DNA of 44,006 nt. Origin: Minisyncoccota bacterium (GTDB lineage: Bacteria > Patescibacteriota > Minisyncoccia > Phycocordibacterales > JAACPR01). A program made the translations under genes and the position numbers. The notes under the pieces are model-generated. The model saw only the letters and a list, made by a program, of their open reading frames with translations, searched no databases and had not been told where the DNA came from. Within the stretch, counting starts at the first letter, position 1. Each line of letters begins with the position of its first letter. The DNA is taken from the NCBI GenBank assembly GCA_041674225.1, contig JBAYWG010000004.1:1-44006 (forward strand), in the 5' to 3' direction. This document shows, piece after piece, positions 10,473 through 19,087 of this stretch.

Positions 10473-11546
10473 ATGCCTCTAGAAATTATAAAAATTATTC
10501 TGCCCACAACACTTTCTTTCTTCGTCGGAATCGCGATCACGCCTTTCATCACAAATTTTCTTTATAAACATGAGATGTGGAAGAAGAAAGTAAAGACTGT
10601 TGCCGTAGATGGACACGGTACTCCAATTTTTAATTCTCTTCACGCACACAAAGAAATTGGAACTCCACGAATGGGTGGCGCTGTGATTTGGCTTTCGGCT
10701 TTTATTGTTGGCGCATTGATTTGGACACTCGCTCGCGTACTTGATTTAACACTTTTTGAAAAAATAGAATTCATTTCTAGAAATCAAACTTGGATTCCTT
10801 TTTGGGCACTTTTTATCGGAGCATTTGTGGGATTGATTGATGATGTTTTGGAAATCAAAGGTTGGGGAGGAAGATTGGCGGGAGGACTTCCTTTGAAAAT
10901 GCGTTTAGCGATTATTTCTACAATCGGACTTTTTGTGGGAAGTTGGTTTTATCTAAAACTAGATGTGACAGCGATTGGAATTCCGTTTTTTGGTTCGCTT
11001 GAGCTTGGATGGTTGATAATACCTTTTTATCTTCTGACAATGATTGTGATTTATTCAGGTGGAGTGATTGATGGTTTAGACGGGCTTTCAGGTGGTGTTT
11101 TTACAGCCATTTTTGCTGCGTACGGCATTTATGCATTCTCTTTAGGACAATATGACCTCGCAGCTTTTTGTGGGCTTATGATCGGAGGAATTTTAGCCTT
11201 TCTTTGGTTTAACGTGCCTCCGGCGCGGTTCTATATGTCGGAGACTGGTTCCATGGCGCTGACGATTGTGATTTCGATTTTGGCTTTTATGACAGATGAT
11301 TTAGCTGGCGGAAAGGGAATCGGAATCTTGCCAATAGTGGCTTTTCTTTTAATAGCGACAGCCGGATCGAGTTTGTTGCAAGTTCTTTCAAAACGCGTTC
11401 GTGGCGGCAAAAAGATTTTCCTGGTTGCGCCTGTGCATCACCATTTTGAAGCTATCGGTTGGCCCGCTTACAAAGTGACTATGCGTTACTGGATTCTAGC
11501 TGTGATTTTCGCGGCGCTGGGGTTGTTGGTGGGGTTTGTGGGGTAG
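10473..11546 (+). CDS. mraY: Phospho-N-acetylmuramoyl-pentapeptide transferase
   Basis: 357 aa polytopic membrane protein with GLIDDVLEIKG, GGVIDGLDGLSGG and APVHHHFEAIGW, the signature MraY loops. Confidence 0.92.
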   Translation: MPLEIIKIILPTTLSFFVGIAITPFITNFLYKHEMWKKKVKTVAVDGHGTPIFNSLHAHKEIGTPRMGGAVIWLSAFIVGALIWTLARVLDLTLFEKIEFISRNQTWIPFWALFIGAFVGLIDDVLEIKGWGGRLAGGLPLKMRLAIISTIGLFVGSWFYLKLDVTAIGIPFFGSLELGWLIIPFYLLTMIVIYSGGVIDGLDGLSGGVFTAIFAAYGIYAFSLGQYDLAAFCGLMIGGILAFLWFNVPPARFYMSETGSMALTIVISILAFMTDDLAGGKGIGILPIVAFLLIATAGSSLLQVLSKRVRGGKKIFLVAPVHHHFEAIGWPAYKVTMRYWILAVIFAALGLLVGFVG

Positions 11547-11580
11547 GAAAAAATTAATAAATTTATGCTAACCTAATTTG

Positions 11581-12276
11581 ATGGAGAAACTACGAGAAAT
11601 TGAATACACGCCGGATTTCAAAGAGCTTGTGCGAGATAATCCCGGCAAGATTAAATCTTTTTTAAAACTAGAAAAAGAAATTTCAGAGAAAATTGATAAT
11701 GGAACTCTAGAAGTAGATGAAGTTTTTCAAGATGGTGATGTGATTGTGACTCCGATTTATGAATATATTGAAGATAAAAATTATATGTCGGAAATATCTG
11801 AAAGTAAACCAATAAGAATGGATAGCTATCTAAAAGTTGAAATTGGTGAGGATAATTTTTTTGTCAAAACAATTCCTGGGTTTTTTGAAAGTGTAAACGG
11901 AGTAGAAGAATTTAAATCTTTAGTAAAACTAAAAGATTTCTTAAAAAAGTTTGAAAATGTTGAGGTGTTGGATTTTCAACTTGGATATCAAGGCAACGGA
12001 AAAACCTATTTTGTTTCAAAATGGTTAGATCTACCAAAACTTGTAGATGTTTTAAATGAGTATGACAAAGATCCAGGAGCATTGTCTCCGGAACATAGAC
12101 TGAAATGCGAGGAACTAATTAAAACATTTAACGAAATGTCAGATGAACTTGAAGCTAATGGATTTATAGATTTTCACGAAGGGAATGTTTTCTACGACGA
12201 AAAGGCTGATAAAATCTATGTTTATGACGTCGCACACCTAGACATGGTTCCTGAGAGTTTCAAAGAAGCTGCTTAA
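11581..12276 (+). CDS. Hypothetical protein, putative minimal protein-kinase-like fold, paralog A
   Basis: ATG at 11581 (the ORF track starts 3 nt earlier at TTG). Ordered motifs are FFVK, VEEFK, YFVSKW, DFHEGN (12169-12186, close to the APH/choline-kinase Brenner motif DLHxGN) and IYVYD. Clear paralog of the next ORF. Confidence 0.6.
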   Translation: MEKLREIEYTPDFKELVRDNPGKIKSFLKLEKEISEKIDNGTLEVDEVFQDGDVIVTPIYEYIEDKNYMSEISESKPIRMDSYLKVEIGEDNFFVKTIPGFFESVNGVEEFKSLVKLKDFLKKFENVEVLDFQLGYQGNGKTYFVSKWLDLPKLVDVLNEYDKDPGALSPEHRLKCEELIKTFNEMSDELEANGFIDFHEGNVFYDEKADKIYVYDVAHLDMVPESFKEAA

Positions 12277-12289
12277 AAAATAAATTAAC

Positions 12290-12925
12290 ATGGAAAGACT
12301 TCGACAAATTAAATACACACCTGAATTTAAAGACATTATCGCGGAAAACCCAGGAGCACTAAAAATCTTTTTAAAATTAGAAGAAGAGATCGCGGCACAT
12401 ACAGATTTGCGTGAAGAAAAAGTTTTTGAAGATGGTGATGTAAAAATAACACCGCTTTATGATGAGGTTAGAGCTTCAGGATACGGAGACAACAAAGCGA
12501 ACTCATACTTGAAAGTAGAAATTGGCGACGAAGCATTTTTTGTAAAAACGATTCCAGGTCATAATCAATACAAAGATGAAAGTGGAGGTGTAAGAGAGTT
12601 CAAAAATTCAAAATATGTTAAAGAAATTTTGCGTTGGGTTCAAGGAGTTGAAGTGGTTGAATCTCAGTTGGGTTACGAAGATAAAGAAAAGGATGTGACC
12701 TACTTTGTGTCTAAGTGGATGGACTTACCTAGGTTGAATAAAGTACTTAATGAAACAAGAAGCCTAGAAATGAAAGACAGTTTGAATAATAGAGTAGAAA
12801 TAATTCAAAGACGATTGAATGAAAACAACATGATGGATGTCGAGCCATACAATATGTTTTATGATGAAAAGACTGACACAATTTATGTTTTTGATATTTT
12901 TGAAAAACGCGACTCATCAATATAA
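12290..12925 (+). CDS. Hypothetical protein, putative minimal protein-kinase-like fold, paralog B
   Basis: Shares MExLRxIxYTPxFK, NPG..K.FLKLE, DGDV, SYLKVEIG...FFVKTIPG, YFVSKW.DLP.L and FYDEK.D.IYV.D with paralog A. The catalytic-loop equivalent is DVEPYN (12836-12853). Confidence 0.6.
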   Translation: MERLRQIKYTPEFKDIIAENPGALKIFLKLEEEIAAHTDLREEKVFEDGDVKITPLYDEVRASGYGDNKANSYLKVEIGDEAFFVKTIPGHNQYKDESGGVREFKNSKYVKEILRWVQGVEVVESQLGYEDKEKDVTYFVSKWMDLPRLNKVLNETRSLEMKDSLNNRVEIIQRRLNENNMMDVEPYNMFYDEKTDTIYVFDIFEKRDSSI

Positions 12926-13012
12926 AAGCTTATCTCCCATAGACTAAATCATTTTTTTGTTGTATTGTGATTCGGAATTTCGGAAAACCCGAACAAACCC
13001 AAAACCCAACAA

Positions 13013-13837
13013 ATGAACCGTTCTTTAATATCACCAAAAAACCTTTTATTGTGCCTGTTTATTGCCATTTCGGCGATATCACATATCACACTCCTGTTAA
13101 CTACAGACGAAGATATCAATAAAGTCATCTACGTTATTGCAAACAGTGTGCTGATTTCTGTAGCACTCTTGATAACTGCAAAAAGAAACTGGGTCAATCC
13201 AGATAATAATTTCTTTGCAGCCCTTTCGTTTTCAACGATTACAGCAATTGGAATTTCCGGATCATCATTCGGAGCAATTCAATTTGTCGTCTTTGGATAT
13301 TTAAACAATTTTGAAAAATTTTGTGTTATCTCAGGACTATCAATTACCATGATGATAGTATCGGCACTTTTGATTCGCATCAAAAAAAATCCTGTTAATG
13401 AAAATCCAAATCTCGATTTGATTTTTTTGGATGTGGCGCAAAAATTGTGGCCTGAGCTGGAGGTACTAGAACTCGATCAGGTTCAAGTCACGAAGGTGCA
13501 TTTCGGAATGCGTGAAGTTTTGAAAAAAGCTACCGCAGAACAAAAAAATCACCCAGACTTAACCATGAATTTCTACAAAATTCGTGATGGTTTAAGACCT
13601 TCCGTTATTGTTTCCGAGTACAAAAAATACCTGGAGACTGTAGGTCAGAGGGTCGTTTCAGAGATATACAGCAAGAGGTTAAATGAGAAATTTGCTCAAC
13701 ACAGACCTCCCGGGGTGCTTTTTACCTCTTTCGCAGATGGACAATTACCTATGCTGAACGGAGTGTTTTACTGTAAAGCCTCGGGAATCATCATGATCTT
13801 TGGAGTTGTGATGAATCAAGGGGTTTTGAATCGTTAG
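13013..13837 (+). CDS. Hypothetical polytopic membrane protein with C-terminal soluble domain
   Basis: 274 aa with about 4 hydrophobic helices in the first 130 aa, then a soluble region with no motif I recognise. Last gene before the terminator at 13860. Confidence 0.6.
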   Translation: MNRSLISPKNLLLCLFIAISAISHITLLLTTDEDINKVIYVIANSVLISVALLITAKRNWVNPDNNFFAALSFSTITAIGISGSSFGAIQFVVFGYLNNFEKFCVISGLSITMMIVSALLIRIKKNPVNENPNLDLIFLDVAQKLWPELEVLELDQVQVTKVHFGMREVLKKATAEQKNHPDLTMNFYKIRDGLRPSVIVSEYKKYLETVGQRVVSEIYSKRLNEKFAQHRPPGVLFTSFADGQLPMLNGVFYCKASGIIMIFGVVMNQGVLNR

Positions 13838-13859
13838 TGTAAATTGACGTTTCAAGCAA

Positions 13860-13891
13860 GAGGGCGCCGCAAGCACCCTCTTTTTTCTTTT
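13860..13891 (+). terminator. Rho-independent terminator after 13013-13837
   Basis: GAGGGCGC-CGCAA-GCACCCTC (7 of 8 positions pair) followed by TTTTTTCTTTT. Confidence 0.8.
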
Positions 13892-13926
13892 ATGCACACC
13901 CAAGACTTGCCAAAATTGAGTAATTA

Positions 13927-13954
13927 TTGCAAAATTTTAATATCGTGATAAAAT
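13927..13954 (+). promoter_or_regulatory. Sigma70-like promoter directly abutting the ATG of 13961-14860
   Basis: TTGCAA (13927-13932), 16-nt spacer, TG-a-TAAAAT (-10 at 13949-13954). The A of the ATG is 7 nt after the -10 hexamer. Confidence 0.4.
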
Positions 13955-13960
13955 TTTTGT

Positions 13961-14860
13961 ATGTTGAAACCTCTAAAAAAATTCTTTGTTCCTAGTGAAT
14001 CAAACAAATATCAACCACACTCTCTGAAAAACAGTAGCATTTCTACAATCCTAATTATTGTTTTACTTTTAGAATTCTTTGCAATCGCATTTTTAATTAG
14101 TCCAGAGTTCAGATCAAGAATTGGAAATCTTGGAGCGGTACTTCCTGCAGTTTTGATTGCAAAGGTAAACAATGAAAGAGCAGATCAACAACTAGTTGAA
14201 TTAGTAGAGAATCCAATCCTAACTCATGCAGCATTAATAAAAGCTCAAGACATGGCTTCACGAGGATATTTCGCACATGTGGACCCAGATGGAAACCAAC
14301 CATGGCACTATCTAAATTTAGCAGGTTACAAATACAAGATTGCGGGAGAAAATCTCGCAGTGAATTTCGTTGATTCATCAGAGGTCCACAGAGCTTGGAT
14401 GAGAAGTCCTACACACAAAGCAAACATCATTCAACCGAAATTTACTGAAATCGGAATCGCCACAGCAGAAGGAGTATATAAAGGAAAAAATGTGACATTC
14501 GTTGTGCAATTTTTCGGTGTACCACAACCAGAATCAATGGTAGCGACTGTTCAGAAAGAAGTTTCAACTATTAATAATGAAGGAGAGAACGTACTAGGAG
14601 CTTTCACAGAAAAAATTTATGCATCACCTCGGACAACTATTAGCTATATTTTATATGCAATCGCTGGATTAATTTTAATTTCAATAATTTTAAAGATTTT
14701 TGTCGCTCCAAAAGTACAATATAAGAGTTTAATTTTTAATGGTTTCCTAATTTTAGTGATAACACTCTGTGCAATTTTTATAAATTACCTTGCAGCTCAA
14801 TATTATGGAGAAATCGCAAGTATTGACGAATCTCAAACTGCGTTGATTTATACTGAATAA
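13961..14860 (+). CDS. CAP/SCP (YkwD-like) domain protein with N- and C-terminal TM segments
   Basis: Core block AQDMASRGYFAHVDPDGNQPWHYL...GENLAVNF...VHRAWMRSPTHKANII...EIGIA matches the CAP/SCP/PR-1 pattern. One TM helix lies near the N-terminus and two at the C-terminus. Confidence 0.7.
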   Translation: MLKPLKKFFVPSESNKYQPHSLKNSSISTILIIVLLLEFFAIAFLISPEFRSRIGNLGAVLPAVLIAKVNNERADQQLVELVENPILTHAALIKAQDMASRGYFAHVDPDGNQPWHYLNLAGYKYKIAGENLAVNFVDSSEVHRAWMRSPTHKANIIQPKFTEIGIATAEGVYKGKNVTFVVQFFGVPQPESMVATVQKEVSTINNEGENVLGAFTEKIYASPRTTISYILYAIAGLILISIILKIFVAPKVQYKSLIFNGFLILVITLCAIFINYLAAQYYGEIASIDESQTALIYTE

Positions 14861-14922
14861 ATGGTACTGTTAGGTTATTACCAATTGAGAGGGTTTTAAT
14901 TACCATTTAAATATAGAATTTT

Positions 14923-17900
14923 ATGAAAAGTTCATACAGAAGTTCGTTTTTGAGTTTTTTACTAATACTAACAATCGTTTTTTCACCACTAGTTACAATC
15001 GCTCAGGTTGTAGATGAAGTGATTGAAACGCCTACTGTTGAAGTAGAGGTAGAGGCACCAGCAGAAGATTCGCAAGAAGAAGTGGTTGTGGAAGAAATTA
15101 TCGAAACAGAAATTGTAAGTGAAGAGGAGGAAACTGTTGTCGAAGAAGTGATTATTCCAACAACAGAGGAAGAACCTGTTGATCTTGTTTCTGATTTTGT
15201 AGAACAAGTTGTAGATGATTTGGTAAATCCAATTCTTGAAGAAGAAATTGAAATTCAACCAATCGAAATGCAACTTGTAACACCAACTTCTGAGTCTATA
15301 ACTTTTGTAGAAAAAGTTGAGCTAGGTGTGACTTATAAATTTGCATCAAATGACGAAGTGCAAGTAACTTTCACAAAACTTCCTGAAATTGCAGGAAGTC
15401 TATCTATTGAAGAAGTTTTACTAACAGAAGAACAAATGAGTGAGTTTGGAGCATTAAGCAACGTTGCTTACGACATCACTTCAGACATGGCAAACGGTAC
15501 TTTCGAGTATGACCTAAAACTTCCACTACCAGAAGGAGTTGAGGATATTTCAAAAGTTGTTTACGCAGAAAATGTTGAAGACTTAAATGTTGACTCAACA
15601 TCTGTAGAATCTACTCAAATTGAAGTTGTAAACGACTCTGTAGTCGTTAGTGATCTAGATCACTTCACTATTTTCGTAATTGTTCCTGACGATATCGTTG
15701 AAAGAACTCTAATTCCTTTCAATCCATTCATCGAAGGTTGGAGCACAGAAACAACAGGGAATGCAGACATCGAGCTAGTTTCTGCAGTTTCAGCTGGAAT
15801 TCCTTCAGCAAACGGAAGCTCTCATGTTATTAAAATGGACCGAACAGGAGGAGCCGGAGTAAACCGAGCCTTTCTTGGATATTACGAAACAGGATTAAAA
15901 CTAAACGAAATCGAAGAAATTAAATGGAAAACTTATTCAAAAGTTGGAACAGATACATACTTAAATATTTACCTTAGAAAAAATTGGAATGAAACAGCTT
16001 CAGTTGTTTTTGCCCCTGCTACAACACCAAATACATGGGTAGAAAACTCTCTTACAGGAGCTGGAAGTATTACAGTTAGACACAACAAACTTATTGGAGC
16101 AGACACACAAGTTACATATTCAACTTCTGCTTTTAATGAACTAATGTCTTCTCAATACGCAACTTGGGATTTAATGGTTGATACAAGCGCGCGAGCTGGT
16201 ATTGCAATTATTTCAGGTTCAACAAATCCTACAGCTGCTCAAGAACACTATATTGATGCAATTACTTTCAACACAACTGACGGTGATCAATATTTTGATT
16301 TCGAAAACCTACTACCAGAATCTCCTGTTGTAAGTTTTGAAGCTCCAACACCTGCAGAAAATAGCTACGTAAAAGGAACTATTACAGGACACGTTGTTGC
16401 AACAGATAACGAAGGAATGGGAAGTTATTACATTCGAGTTTGGAAAGATGCTTTTGAAAGCGGACTACCAAATCTAGTACATAACGTATGTTACGAAGCT
16501 CCAGGTGCAGACTTACTAGGTGCATCTCTAGATAAAAATTGTGTTTACGATACAAAAACAAATCCAGATGGAATTTACGTTTTCTCAGCACAATTTCTAG
16601 ATTCTGATACTCAATGGGGTAGTGCTCTAAGAACTTTTACAGTGGACAACACAAAACCAGTTATCAATTTTGACAATCTTCCAGTAGTAACAACATTTAA
16701 TAGCGATTCAATAGATTTCGAGTTTAGTGCCACTGACAATTTTGAACTAAAAAGAATTGTTGGGAACATTTACAAAGTTGGAGTTGCAGGAGTATTCAAA
16801 AGCAATCAAAAAAGTATTGTTGGAGACACTGGATCATTCACAATAGATATTTCAACTCTTACAGATGGTGATTATTACATTAAATACAACTCAGAAGACG
16901 AAGCTGGAAATATCGCCACAACAGGAACATTCAATTTCACAATTGATAACACAGCACCTGATGCACCTGTACACGAAACTCCAGTAGATAACGCATTTCA
17001 AAACATTAACAACTTCTACTTTGAGTGGACAGATTCTATTGATGCAGTTGAATACGAATTTCAATCTTCACAAAACCCAAGTACAGACGGAAATGGAGTT
17101 CTAGACTCAGGTGTTTGGAATAACAAACTTAATGGAAGTGGTGATCAATTATTCTTGGGAGATTCAAGAATTCATTCAGTTGGCGCAAACGGAGTTTGGT
17201 ACTGGCAAGTGAGAGCAATCGACGAAGCAGGAAACAAAAGTGACTGGACAGATGCTTGGAAAATAACAATCGACATGGTCGCTCCTACAGTTCCTTCTGT
17301 AACTTCTCCTATTGCAGAACAAACTTTTGAAACAACACCAATTCTAAATGAATGGACAACTTCTACAGACGCAACAAACATCACTTACCAAATTGCTTAC
17401 GGATACGACGATGAGCACACTTTTGGAGGAAGCACATGTAGCGATGTAAGTGAAATTGATGGAAAATTTGTAAGTGGATGTCGAGATACAACAAACACTT
17501 CAAGAAATCATTCTCCATCATTAGAAGAACAAGGCGGTGTGACTATTTGGGTTCGAGCAATCGACGAAGCTGGAAACAAAAGTGATTGGAGCGAAGGGGT
17601 TCATTATTACTACGACACTACTCCAGAAGAACCAGAAGTTGTTGAAAAAACAGAATCAACAGTTGTTGTAAAAGAAAATACAGCTTCTGCAGAAAATGAA
17701 TTAGGTTGGATGTTTAACAGGGACACAAGCACAGATACACCTTTTGAATTTAATGAAGATGCAGCAACAACAGGCGACGGAAGTCTATATGTATTGCCAA
17801 TCGGTAACTCAAATTCATCAGACAAATTTGTTGCAGAATATTTCCCACAAATGTTAATTTCAGATTTAACTTCATTAACATTTGATTTCAAAACGGGAGC

Positions 17901-18744
17901 AGAGAGTGAGGAGACTGATTACCAACATGTTTACCTAAACGTTTATGCAAACTTTGGTGTATCAGACGATAATAAATTCTATGATTGTCGATACAATGTA
18001 GTTGCAACTTCAGGTTCTGGAGACTTCTTTGAATCAGTAACATTTGATCCGACACTGCCTTACACAGTAACAACAAGAACATCGCCTGGTTTTGAATCAC
18101 CATTCGCTTGTCCTGCAATTCCTGCAGACATGGATACACTTAGCCCAGGTTCAAACATTCGAGCGTTCGCTATCAATCTTGGTGATACTTCACTAAACGA
18201 CGAAGGAGTAAGTGCATACTTTGACACTGTAATCCTAGAAACAGATACAGCTATTACAACATTTGATTTTGAACCAACTGTAGTTGAGGTTATTCCTGAT
18301 GAAGACGAGGAAACACCTGAGCCGCAAGTAGAAGCTCAACAATCAAGACAATCATCTAGAAGAAGTGGGGGAGGTGGTTCAGTTCTAGGAGCGTTTACAA
18401 GTGGTGAAGGTGAAGTTCTAGGAGCCACAACTGAAATGTGTCCCGTTCTATACCTTACTGACTACATGAAAGAAGGTGATGCAAATAATCCAGAACAAGT
18501 TACAAAACTACAAACTTTCCTTAACACTGAAGGATTTATTGTAGAATTAACTGGATTCTTTGGTCCTAAAACAACAGAAGCTGTTAAAGGTTTCCAATCA
18601 AAATATGCCGCTGAAATCCTACAACCATGGGTAGATGCCGGACATGTAACAGAACTTTTACCAACAGGCTTTGTTTACAAAACGACTCGAGCAAAGATAA
18701 ACAATCTTAGCTGTGACGGTGCTGAAGTAAAACCAGTTTTGTAA
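14923..18744 (+). CDS. Large secreted surface protein (1273 aa): acidic stalk, FN3/Ig-like repeats, C-terminal peptidoglycan-binding domain
   Basis: Signal/TM MKSSYRSSFLSFLLILTIVFSPLVTIAQV and an E/V/I-rich low-complexity region (about nt 15004-15270). Domain-boundary motifs are DNTKPVI, DNTAPDAP and DMVAPTVP. Two FN3-like W.W.VRAIDEAGNKSDW blocks. C-terminal PG_binding_1-like NPEQVTKLQTFLNTEGF...GFFGPKTTEAVKGFQ. Confidence 0.8.
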   Translation: MKSSYRSSFLSFLLILTIVFSPLVTIAQVVDEVIETPTVEVEVEAPAEDSQEEVVVEEIIETEIVSEEEETVVEEVIIPTTEEEPVDLVSDFVEQVVDDLVNPILEEEIEIQPIEMQLVTPTSESITFVEKVELGVTYKFASNDEVQVTFTKLPEIAGSLSIEEVLLTEEQMSEFGALSNVAYDITSDMANGTFEYDLKLPLPEGVEDISKVVYAENVEDLNVDSTSVESTQIEVVNDSVVVSDLDHFTIFVIVPDDIVERTLIPFNPFIEGWSTETTGNADIELVSAVSAGIPSANGSSHVIKMDRTGGAGVNRAFLGYYETGLKLNEIEEIKWKTYSKVGTDTYLNIYLRKNWNETASVVFAPATTPNTWVENSLTGAGSITVRHNKLIGADTQVTYSTSAFNELMSSQYATWDLMVDTSARAGIAIISGSTNPTAAQEHYIDAITFNTTDGDQYFDFENLLPESPVVSFEAPTPAENSYVKGTITGHVVATDNEGMGSYYIRVWKDAFESGLPNLVHNVCYEAPGADLLGASLDKNCVYDTKTNPDGIYVFSAQFLDSDTQWGSALRTFTVDNTKPVINFDNLPVVTTFNSDSIDFEFSATDNFELKRIVGNIYKVGVAGVFKSNQKSIVGDTGSFTIDISTLTDGDYYIKYNSEDEAGNIATTGTFNFTIDNTAPDAPVHETPVDNAFQNINNFYFEWTDSIDAVEYEFQSSQNPSTDGNGVLDSGVWNNKLNGSGDQLFLGDSRIHSVGANGVWYWQVRAIDEAGNKSDWTDAWKITIDMVAPTVPSVTSPIAEQTFETTPILNEWTTSTDATNITYQIAYGYDDEHTFGGSTCSDVSEIDGKFVSGCRDTTNTSRNHSPSLEEQGGVTIWVRAIDEAGNKSDWSEGVHYYYDTTPEEPEVVEKTESTVVVKENTASAENELGWMFNRDTSTDTPFEFNEDAATTGDGSLYVLPIGNSNSSDKFVAEYFPQMLISDLTSLTFDFKTGAESEETDYQHVYLNVYANFGVSDDNKFYDCRYNVVATSGSGDFFESVTFDPTLPYTVTTRTSPGFESPFACPAIPADMDTLSPGSNIRAFAINLGDTSLNDEGVSAYFDTVILETDTAITTFDFEPTVVEVIPDEDEETPEPQVEAQQSRQSSRRSGGGGSVLGAFTSGEGEVLGATTEMCPVLYLTDYMKEGDANNPEQVTKLQTFLNTEGFIVELTGFFGPKTTEAVKGFQSKYAAEILQPWVDAGHVTELLPTGFVYKTTRAKINNLSCDGAEVKPVL
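17213..17248 (+). repeat. Intragenic 36-nt repeat, copy 1 (encodes RAIDEAGNKSDW)
   Basis: GAGCAATCGACGAAGCAGGAAACAAAAGTGACTGGA. 34 of 36 nt are identical to 17555-17590. Confidence 0.9.
17555..17590 (+). repeat. Intragenic 36-nt repeat, copy 2
   Basis: GAGCAATCGACGAAGCTGGAAACAAAAGTGATTGGA. Confidence 0.9.
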
Positions 18745-18772
18745 AAAATTAAAATAAAATTTCAAAGAAAAA

Positions 18773-18802
18773 ACAGCCGCCCGAAAGGGTGGCTGTTTTG
18801 TT
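18773..18802 (+). terminator. Rho-independent terminator after the 1273-aa gene
   Basis: ACAGCCGCCC-GAAA-GGGTGGCTGT (10-bp stem with one G-U, GAAA tetraloop), then TTTTGTT. Confidence 0.85.
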
Positions 18803-18809
18803 GAGAGTT

Positions 18810-18947
18810 TTAAATATGAATGTAGCGTTTTACATCTGAGTAAGTGTTGGGTTCAGAGATTTTTTGTTTTCTCTCGTGATTCAAAAAGAGTATCAGCATT
18901 ACAAAAATACTCACGATAATTAAAAAAACAATTCGAAACGGTTCCAT
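18810..18947 (-). CDS. Possible small membrane protein (45 aa), below the ORF-track size cutoff
   Basis: Hand translation gives MEPFRIVFLIIVSIFVMLILFLNHERKQKISEPNTYSDVKRYIHI, with one TM helix. On the minus strand a TTTACA-N17-TATTTT promoter-like element with a TG extension lies upstream. No homology evidence. Confidence 0.3.
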   Translation of the reverse strand: MEPFRIVFLIIVSIFVMLILFLNHERKQKISEPNTYSDVKRYIHI

Positions 18948-19032
18948 TTTCTCTTATTCTATTGGGTTTAGGTTCAGCTTTCCATTAGGAAAAATACCAC
19001 ACATAATTAAAGATGTAAATGTAGAAATAAAG

Positions 19033-19067
19033 CAAAAGAAAAAAGCGCGTTCCAAGGGGACGCGCTT
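19033..19067 (-). terminator. Rho-independent terminator of 19088-19663
   Basis: AAGCGCGT...ACGCGCTT is a perfect 8-bp stem (extendable). On the minus strand it is followed by TTTTTTCTTTTGC. Confidence 0.85.
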
Positions 19068-19087
19068 ATATAAGGACTTTTTAAAGA

